From an uncultured Cytophagia bacterium (GTDB lineage: Bacteria; Zhuqueibacterota; Zhuqueibacteria; Residuimicrobiales; Residuimicrobiaceae), in NCBI GenBank assembly GCA_964436305.1, contig CAYTCI010000007.1:20825-84824 (forward strand): DNA of 64,000 nucleotides, in the 5' to 3' direction. Under the pieces are notes generated by a model. The model saw only the letters and a list, made by a program, of their open reading frames with translations, searched no databases and was not told the origin of the DNA. The position numbers and the translations under genes were made by a program. Below, piece after piece: positions 57,362 to 64,000 of the stretch. Positions within the stretch are counted from its first letter, which is position 1, and each line of letters starts with the position of its first letter.

Positions 57362-58942
57362 ATGACACCCAAACTCTCCATCCTCCTCTATGCCCATCCC
57401 GCAATGCCCTATGAGACTGCGGCCTTCGCCCGGATGATCGCCTCCTTGCAGAATCAGTATGACCACAATTTTGAGGTGCTCGTTTTTGGCGATCATGCCG
57501 AAGCGCGCGCCCTGGCGGAGAAGGCCGGTTATACCATTCTCCCCACTGCCCTCGACCACAAAGCCAAAGCCCTGAATGCCGCCCTCCGCCAGTGCCGGGG
57601 GGAGTATGTGCTGTTGTGCAACACCGAGACCAATGCCCTCGAATTCAAGCGCTCTGCGACCAAATTCTACGTCATGGCGATGGACCGCCATCCCGAAACC
57701 ACTCTGCTCTATTCCGACTATGACCTGATCGACAAGGGTGTGCGCAAGGAGCGTAAACTGCAGGAGTGGCACCAGGGCCGCCTCACCGAGGCCTGGGACA
57801 CCGGCTATTGCCTCCTCTTCAGCCGCCGCTTCCTCGAATCGGTTGGCTGGTGTGATGAGCGCTACCGCTTCAATCCGCTCAACGATCTCCGCTTCAAGGC
57901 GATGGAAACCGGCCAAATCATCCACATCTCCAACCGCTTCAACGGCGTGCCCTATCTCGCCTATGCGGCCGAACAGGGCCTCGATGTCTTCGCCTATCTC
58001 AAGACCGGCAAAGAGGTACAGCTGGAGAACGAACGCATCCTCACCGAACATCTCAAGCGTATCAAGGCCTACCTGGCCCCGGGCGCGCACTATCACAAGG
58101 TGGAATACACCGCGGAAGAAGAGGCTGCCTTTAAAAACTGTCTCGCCGCGGTCGTGATCCCGGTCTTCAACCGCCCCGAATTCATCGGCCCAGCGATCGA
58201 ATCGGTACAGGCACAAACCGTGCAGAATATCGAGATCGTCGTTGTCTGCAACGGCGGCGAGCAGGACCCGACCATCGCCGAGGTCCGGCGCTACCAGCCC
58301 GGCGGCGACCGGCATGCCGCCGGCAAACCGCCCGTGCGCCTTATCGTCCATGACATGAACGTTCTCGGACTCTGCTTCAACGATGCCCTGCAAAGCTCCG
58401 CGGCCAAATACTATGTCCAGCTCGATTCCGACGATCTGCTCTTTCCGGAGGCCATCGAAAAGATCCTCCAGGTCTATAACCAGGATGATCGCATCGGCAT
58501 GGTGATCGGCTCTTATCAGGTCTTTGAGAAAAAAGCCGATGGCCGCGTAGAGCCGGTACTGGTCGAAGGCAAGCCCTTCATTGTCACCCATGACGAATGG
58601 ACCGAAGAGAACGGCCGTAACAACCTGCTACGCATCGGCGGTGCCGGCGCCCCCCGTTCGATCAAGATCAAGGTCCTCAAGGAGTTGGGCTGGTTCGGTA
58701 TGAACGATGCCCCCTACTCGCGTAACTATGGCGAGGACTATGAGTTGGTCAACAAGTGCGCGGAGCGCTTCCGCATCGGCCGGGTTTGGGATCCGATTTA
58801 CAAGGTGGTGCGCCACAGCGGCGGCACCGACCACATGATCGATCAGGTGACGATCGATGTCAACGAGAACGCCAAGGATCACATGCGCCTGGTGGCGTTG
58901 CGGCGCCGGCAAACGATCAACGGCTTTGAACCAACCTTCTAG
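57362..58942 (+). CDS. Tandem-domain GT2 glycosyltransferase
   Basis: C-terminal VVIPVFNR, QLDSDD, GEDY; N-terminal GT-A domain degenerate (ALN.AL....GEY, YSDY). Confidence 0.8.
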   Translation: MTPKLSILLYAHPAMPYETAAFARMIASLQNQYDHNFEVLVFGDHAEARALAEKAGYTILPTALDHKAKALNAALRQCRGEYVLLCNTETNALEFKRSATKFYVMAMDRHPETTLLYSDYDLIDKGVRKERKLQEWHQGRLTEAWDTGYCLLFSRRFLESVGWCDERYRFNPLNDLRFKAMETGQIIHISNRFNGVPYLAYAAEQGLDVFAYLKTGKEVQLENERILTEHLKRIKAYLAPGAHYHKVEYTAEEEAAFKNCLAAVVIPVFNRPEFIGPAIESVQAQTVQNIEIVVVCNGGEQDPTIAEVRRYQPGGDRHAAGKPPVRLIVHDMNVLGLCFNDALQSSAAKYYVQLDSDDLLFPEAIEKILQVYNQDDRIGMVIGSYQVFEKKADGRVEPVLVEGKPFIVTHDEWTEENGRNNLLRIGGAGAPRSIKIKVLKELGWFGMNDAPYSRNYGEDYELVNKCAERFRIGRVWDPIYKVVRHSGGTDHMIDQVTIDVNENAKDHMRLVALRRRQTINGFEPTF

Positions 58943-58953
58943 GGAGGGGGGAC

Positions 58954-60315
58954 ATGCCCGAACTGAAAAACCTGATGATCTCGGTTTCCGGGGTGCGCGG
59001 CATCGTCGGTGAGGGATTGACGCCGGAGGTCGCTCTCCATTTCGCCCAGGCGTATGGCTCCCAGTATGGGCCCGGACGCATCGTTGTCGGCCGCGACTCC
59101 CGGGTGACCGGCGAGCTGATCAAGTACGCGGTCTGGGCTGGCTTGCTGGCCACCGGTTGTGATGTCGTCGACCTGGGCATGACCACCACGCCGACCACGG
59201 CGATGGCCACGGAAGGCGGCGACAACGCGGGCGGGATTATCATCACCGCCAGCCACAATCCGCGCGAGTGGAACGCCCTTAAATTGCTCGCCTCCGACGG
59301 CCTCTTTCTCAGCCCCGAAGAGGGTGCGCGGGTGCTGGCGCGGGTCCGCCAGCAGGAGTTCACCCTGGTCCCCTGGGACCGCGTGGGCAAGGTCATCTCC
59401 CTCCCCACCGCGGCGGCCGAACACCTCGATGCCATTGAACGCCTCGCACTGATCGATCCGGCGGGAATCCGTCGCCGTCGCTTCAAGGTGGTCGTCGATC
59501 CCTGCAACGGCGCCGGCGGCACCATCCTGCCGCAGCTCCTGGAGCGCCTTGGCTGCGAGGCCTCCTTCCTCAACCTCGAACCCAACGGACGCTTCCCGCG
59601 CAGTCCGGAACCGGTTGCCGCCAATCTCGGCGAACTCTGCGCGGCGGTGAAAAACCAGGGCGCCGACCTTGGCATCGCCGTCGATCCCGATGTCGACCGC
59701 CTGGCCCTGGTCTCTGAACAGGGGGTCGCGCTCGGAGAGGAATATACCCTGGCTCTGGTGACCGACTTTGTCCTCTCGCATACACCGGGCGAGGTGGTCA
59801 TCAACGCCTCCACCTCCCTGGCCACCGAAGAGGCTGCCCTGCGCCATGGCAGCCGGGTGCATCGGACGCCGGTGGGCGAGATCCATGTGGCCCTGCAAGC
59901 CCGCGCGGTCCAGGCCGTCATCGCCGGAGAAGGCAATGGCGGCGTCATCTATCCGGCCCTCCACCTTGGCCGGGATGCCCTTGTCGGCATCACCCTCATC
60001 CTGCAGATGCTGGCTGAACGGAACGAGCCGCTCTCACAGCTGCAAGCCCGCCTGCCGCAGTACGTCATGGTCAAGGAGCGGATCGATCTTCCCTTTGACG
60101 CCGATGCCCGGAGCCTGGTGAACCGGCTCGCCGCGCAGCATGCCGGGGACCGGATCGACCGGACCGATGGGCTTCGCTTCCTTTACGACCACGCCTGGGT
60201 CCATATCCGGGCCTCCAACACCGAACCGATCATTCGTGTCATGGCCGAAGCCCGGAGCGAAGCCGAAGCCCGGGAACGGGTTCATACCCTGAAAAAGGAA
60301 TTCGCTGCCTTATAA
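58954..60315 (+). CDS. glmM: Phosphoglucosamine mutase / phosphohexomutase
   Basis: SVSGVRG, GRDSR, ITASHNP, DPDVDR, GEGNGG, RASNTEP. Confidence 0.85.
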   Translation: MPELKNLMISVSGVRGIVGEGLTPEVALHFAQAYGSQYGPGRIVVGRDSRVTGELIKYAVWAGLLATGCDVVDLGMTTTPTTAMATEGGDNAGGIIITASHNPREWNALKLLASDGLFLSPEEGARVLARVRQQEFTLVPWDRVGKVISLPTAAAEHLDAIERLALIDPAGIRRRRFKVVVDPCNGAGGTILPQLLERLGCEASFLNLEPNGRFPRSPEPVAANLGELCAAVKNQGADLGIAVDPDVDRLALVSEQGVALGEEYTLALVTDFVLSHTPGEVVINASTSLATEEAALRHGSRVHRTPVGEIHVALQARAVQAVIAGEGNGGVIYPALHLGRDALVGITLILQMLAERNEPLSQLQARLPQYVMVKERIDLPFDADARSLVNRLAAQHAGDRIDRTDGLRFLYDHAWVHIRASNTEPIIRVMAEARSEAEARERVHTLKKEFAAL

Positions 60316-60338
60316 ACTTGAGAACGAGAGGATCTGGT

Positions 60339-62729
60339 ATGGCTGACTTTGAAAAGCTGGGGATGTTTTATCTGGGCAAGGAGTACGATCCAGAAAAACG
60401 GGCCCTTCTCGATAGCCTGGTGATGTACGACTCCAAGGATCTGGTCACCCATGGGGTCTGTATCGGCATGACCGGCAGCGGCAAGACCGGCCTCTGCATC
60501 TCCCTGCTGGAGGAGGCGGCGATCGACAACATCCCCGCTCTCATCATCGATCCCAAGGGGGACATGACCAACCTGCTGCTCACCTTCCCCGGGCTGCTGC
60601 CGGCCGAATTTGCCCCATGGATCAACGAGGACGATGCCCGCCGCGAGAACAAGACCCCCGAGGCCTTTGCCGCGGCGCAGGCAGAGCTCTGGAAGAACGG
60701 GCTCGCCCAGTGGGGCGAAGACGGAGCGCGGATTCAGCGCCTGCGCGATGCCGCCCGCTTCACCATCTTCACGCCGGGCAGCTCGGCCGGTACCCCCATC
60801 TCCATCCTCAGCAGCTTCGCCCGCCCGGCGGAGGATCTCCTGCTCGATTCCGAGGCCACCGGCGACCTGATCTCCTCGACCGTCACCAGCCTGCTCGGCC
60901 TCATCGGTATCACCGCTGATCCGGTCAAGAGCCGCGAGCATATCCTTCTTTCCAACATCTTCAACCAGGCCTGGCAGAATGGCAAGGATCTGGACCTGGC
61001 CACCCTGATCACCGCCATCCAGAATCCTCCCTTCGAACGCGTCGGTGCCTTTGCCGTCGACACCTTTTATCCTGCCAAGGAGCGCTTCGAGCTGGCCCTG
61101 GCCCTCAATAACCTGCTGGCGGCCCCGGGCTTCTCCACCTGGATGGAGGGCGAGCCCATGGACATCGGCCGCCTGCTCTACGCCGAGGACGGCAAGCCGC
61201 GCCACTCGATCTTTTACATCGCCCATCTCAGCGATTCGGAGCGGATGTTTTTCGTCACGCTGCTCTTCAACCAGATGGTCTCGTGGATGCGCAGCCAGCC
61301 CGGCACCACCAGCCTGCGCGCCATCCTCTATATGGACGAGGTCGCCGGCTACCTGCCCCCCGTGGCGGCGCCGCCCTCCAAAAAACCGCTGATGGTCATG
61401 CTCAAGCAGGCCCGCGCCTTTGGCGTCGGGGTGATGCTGGCGACCCAGAACCCGGTCGATCTCGATTACAAGGCCCTCTCCAACACCGGGACCTGGTTCA
61501 TCGGCCGGCTGCAGACCCAGCAGGATATCGAAAAGGTGATCGAGGGCCTGCGCAGCGGCGCCGGCGACCTCGATCCCCGGGTAAGCAAAGCCCTCGCCGC
61601 CCTCGGCAAACGGGTTTTTCTCATGAAGAACATCCATGAGAGCGAGCCCGTGATCTTTCAGTCGCGATGGGCGCTCTCCTATCTGCGCGGCCCCCTGACC
61701 CTGGCCCAGATCAAAAAGCTGGCCGCGCCTGCCGGCAGCACCCCGCGCGCGGCGGCAGCCCCCGCCAGGGCGGCCTTTGCCAGCGATGCGGAAATACGGC
61801 CCGCACTGCCGCCGCAGATCGTCGAGTACTTCGCCCCCCTGCGCGGAAGTCTCAAGTCCGACGCCCGGCTGATCTACCGCCCGGGCGTACTCGGCCTGGC
61901 GGACGTGAATTTCGCCCCGGGGCAGTCCCAGCGCCTCGGCCGGATCGCCTGGATCGACGAGGGACCGGTGCCGGTGGACTGGGAGAAGGCGGTCGAAACC
62001 CCCTTTTCCGAAAACGACCTGGAAAAAACGCCCGAGGAGAAGGCCGAATTCACCCGCCTGGCCTCCCCGGCCGCCAAACCCGAAAACTATACCCTCTGGA
62101 GCAAAAATCTGGCGGACACCCTCTACCGCACCGCCAAGGTCGATCTCTTCACCAGCACCTCGCTCAAGCTGACTTCCCAGCCGGGGGAGTCGGAGCGCGA
62201 TTTCCGCATCCGCATCAGCCAGCTCGCCCGCGAGCGGCGCGATGAAGCGGTCGACCAATTGCGCAAACGCTATGAGAGCAAAATGGCCACCATCCAGGAC
62301 CGCGTCATGCGGGCTGAACAAAAAGTCGAAAAAGAGAAGAGCGATTACCGCGCCCAGACCATGTCCACCGCCGTCTCGGTCGGGGCGACCATCCTCGGCG
62401 CCTTCTTCGGCCGTAAAAGCCTCTCCGCCTCGACCCTGAGCCGGGCCGGCAGCGCCATGCGCAGCGGCATGCGCACCGCCAAGGAACACGGCGATATCTC
62501 CAATGCTGAAGAATCCCTGGATGTCCTCAAGCAGCGACTTGATGAATTGCAGCAGGAACTCAACCTGGAGATCGCCCGGATCGAGGAACAAACCGATCCG
62601 ATGGCGCAGCCCCTGGAGGCTACCGCGCTGCGGCCGAAAAAGGGCGATATCACGGTCCGGCTCACCGCTCTGGTTTGGCTGCCCTACTGGCAGAGCAGCG
62701 ATGGCAAGCGGGAGCCCTGCTACCTCTAG
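60339..62729 (+). CDS. HerA/FtsK-superfamily ATPase (DUF853/DUF87-like) with coiled-coil C-terminus
   Basis: HGVCIGMTGSGKT, IIDPKGD, YMDEV, QARAFGVG..LATQNP.D. Confidence 0.85.
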   Translation: MADFEKLGMFYLGKEYDPEKRALLDSLVMYDSKDLVTHGVCIGMTGSGKTGLCISLLEEAAIDNIPALIIDPKGDMTNLLLTFPGLLPAEFAPWINEDDARRENKTPEAFAAAQAELWKNGLAQWGEDGARIQRLRDAARFTIFTPGSSAGTPISILSSFARPAEDLLLDSEATGDLISSTVTSLLGLIGITADPVKSREHILLSNIFNQAWQNGKDLDLATLITAIQNPPFERVGAFAVDTFYPAKERFELALALNNLLAAPGFSTWMEGEPMDIGRLLYAEDGKPRHSIFYIAHLSDSERMFFVTLLFNQMVSWMRSQPGTTSLRAILYMDEVAGYLPPVAAPPSKKPLMVMLKQARAFGVGVMLATQNPVDLDYKALSNTGTWFIGRLQTQQDIEKVIEGLRSGAGDLDPRVSKALAALGKRVFLMKNIHESEPVIFQSRWALSYLRGPLTLAQIKKLAAPAGSTPRAAAAPARAAFASDAEIRPALPPQIVEYFAPLRGSLKSDARLIYRPGVLGLADVNFAPGQSQRLGRIAWIDEGPVPVDWEKAVETPFSENDLEKTPEEKAEFTRLASPAAKPENYTLWSKNLADTLYRTAKVDLFTSTSLKLTSQPGESERDFRIRISQLARERRDEAVDQLRKRYESKMATIQDRVMRAEQKVEKEKSDYRAQTMSTAVSVGATILGAFFGRKSLSASTLSRAGSAMRSGMRTAKEHGDISNAEESLDVLKQRLDELQQELNLEIARIEEQTDPMAQPLEATALRPKKGDITVRLTALVWLPYWQSSDGKREPCYL

Positions 62730-62786
62730 CGCAACAGCCCGGTCCGTGCCGGTTTGGCAGCGATACCCTTTATGCGAGGGCAGCAT

Positions 62787-63230
62787 ATGCAGAGTGACAA
62801 CGACAGGCTTAACCCGGGATACAGAATCCTCGACCATACCGCGGATGTCGGCCTCGAATTCGAGGCCGGCTCCCTTCCGCAGCTCTTCGCCGTCGCAGCC
62901 GACGGTCTGATGCACCTCATCTGCCCGCATTGTCAGATCAAGCCGCTGCAAAGCCACGCCATGCAGGTCTGCGGCGAGAACCTCGAAGAACTGCTGGTGA
63001 ACTGGCTCTCCGAACTCAACTACCTCTGCCAGGTGCAGCACTTCCTCACGGCCCGGGCGGAGGTACGCGAAATCCACGACCGTTTTTTGCAGGCGGAGGT
63101 ACTGGGCGAACGCTGTGACCCGCTGCGCCACACCCTCCGCAGCGAGATCAAGGCCGTAACCTATCACCGCATCGAGGTGCGCCATGAAACCGCGAGCCAA
63201 TGGCGGGGGCGGGTCTATTTCGACATCTGA
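62787..63230 (+). CDS. Archease
   Basis: DHTADVG, LLVNWL.EL, EIKAVTYH, FDI at the C-terminus. Confidence 0.93.
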   Translation: MQSDNDRLNPGYRILDHTADVGLEFEAGSLPQLFAVAADGLMHLICPHCQIKPLQSHAMQVCGENLEELLVNWLSELNYLCQVQHFLTARAEVREIHDRFLQAEVLGERCDPLRHTLRSEIKAVTYHRIEVRHETASQWRGRVYFDI

Positions 63231-64000
63231 TCCCGCCCTGCACCCCCTCTCCGATTTCCTCTTCGAGATCCCCCGCACCGGCAAGATGCGCGTTCCGGCG
63301 CGCATCTACGCCAGCGAAGCCATGATTCCCGACATCCTCAAGGACAAGGCCGTTGAGCAAGCCGCCCAGGTGGCGTGGCTTCCCGGCATCATCGGTTATT
63401 CCTTCGCCATGCCGGATATCCATTGGGGGTATGGTTTTCCCATCGGCGGTGTGGCCGCCTTTGATCTCGAGGAGGGCATCATCTCGCCGGGCGGCGTCGG
63501 TTATGACATCAACTGCGGGGTCCGGCTGCTGCGCACCGATCTGCGGCGCCAGGAGATCCTCCCCCGTCTGTCGATGGCAGTCGATGCACTTTTTCGGGCG
63601 ATTCCCAGCGGCGTGGGCTCCACCGGCCGGTTCAAGCTCAACGAGAAAGAGCAGCGGCGGGTCCTGCAGCAGGGCGCGCGCTGGGCCGTCGAGAAGGGCT
63701 ATGGCGATGGCGAGGAACTGGACAAAATCGAGGAGAACGGCGAGATGCCGGGCGCAGATCCCGATCAGGTCAGCGCTCGCGCGAGGGAACGGGGACGCGG
63801 GCAACTGGGGACGCTCGGCTCGGGCAACCATTTCATCGAACTGGGTGTGGTGGCCGAGATCTGTGATGCCGCCGCGGCCGACGCCATGGGTTTGCATATC
63901 GACCAGATCACCCTGCTGATCCATACCGGATCCCGCGGGCTCGGCCATCAGGTTTGCGAAGACTCCATCAGGGAGATGTTGCTGGCCTCCCGCAAATACG
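63184..64000 (+). CDS. rtcB: RNA-splicing/repair ligase RtcB, partial (runs off the right edge)
   Basis: Missing from the ORF track. Open frame: MRVPARIYA, MPDIHWGYGFPIGGV, GVGYDINCGVR, GTLGSGNHFIE, IHTGSRGLGHQ. ATG 63184 has GAGGTG upstream. Confidence 0.93.
   Translation, partial: MKPRANGGGGSISTSDPALHPLSDFLFEIPRTGKMRVPARIYASEAMIPDILKDKAVEQAAQVAWLPGIIGYSFAMPDIHWGYGFPIGGVAAFDLEEGIISPGGVGYDINCGVRLLRTDLRRQEILPRLSMAVDALFRAIPSGVGSTGRFKLNEKEQRRVLQQGARWAVEKGYGDGEELDKIEENGEMPGADPDQVSARARERGRGQLGTLGSGNHFIELGVVAEICDAAAADAMGLHIDQITLLIHTGSRGLGHQVCEDSIREMLLASRKY

Noticed and set aside
60282-63305. 1007-aa minus-strand ORF, and other long antisense ORFs (26602..28635, 43591..45507, 45837..47636, 52529..54343, 11970..13643, 14121..15758, 55772..57199)
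   Set aside because: They lie opposite well-supported genes, lack motifs, and are expected shadows of high-GC codon bias.
1-64000. CRISPR arrays, tRNA/rRNA, IS elements, prophage or att sites
   Set aside because: No spaced direct repeats, cloverleafs, transposase or integrase motifs seen; intergenic gaps are short.

Overview
GC-rich (~60%+), densely coding chromosomal window from a diderm, LPS-making bacterium. Gene content (TonB receptor+DUF4249, TPR+DUF4292, Bacteroidetes-type GlmM and GT4, orphan HK) resembles the FCB superphylum, e.g. KSB1/Calditrichota-like; this is inference. About 55 genes, mostly housekeeping or envelope: rlmD, DEAD helicase, nfo, trxB, nadB, YfhO, GT9 x2, tsaC, lpxL, lpxK, lpxB, plsY, glgC, glmM, archease, rtcB. 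I saw no tRNA, rRNA, CRISPR array, integrase or transposase. The most unusual part is a ~9 kb minus-strand regulatory block (33.2-42.3 kb) between lipid A genes. It holds an NtrC-type activator, then a sigma54 promoter with IHF-like and enhancer-like sites driving a divergent sigma-factor-like ORF plus a ZAS-zinc-finger protein. Next is a sigma70-driven operon of two Asp->Glu pseudo-receiver/DUF4388 proteins, two P-loop-dead MglA-like pseudo-GTPases, a small Cys4 protein and an HExxH peptidase, with an A10 tract hiding a -1-frame extension. Other highlights: a predicted Leptospira-like lipid A module (GnnA-like, LmtA-like methyltransferase, LpxJ-like DUF374 around lpxB/lpxK), an OLD-type ATPase lacking TOPRIM, a FakA-FakB fusion next to plsY, a GHMP pseudo-kinase next to glgC, and a HerA-like ATPase-archease-RtcB cluster. 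Family calls come from motifs read by eye; no database searches were run. Many starts were moved from the ORF track using RBS or homology.
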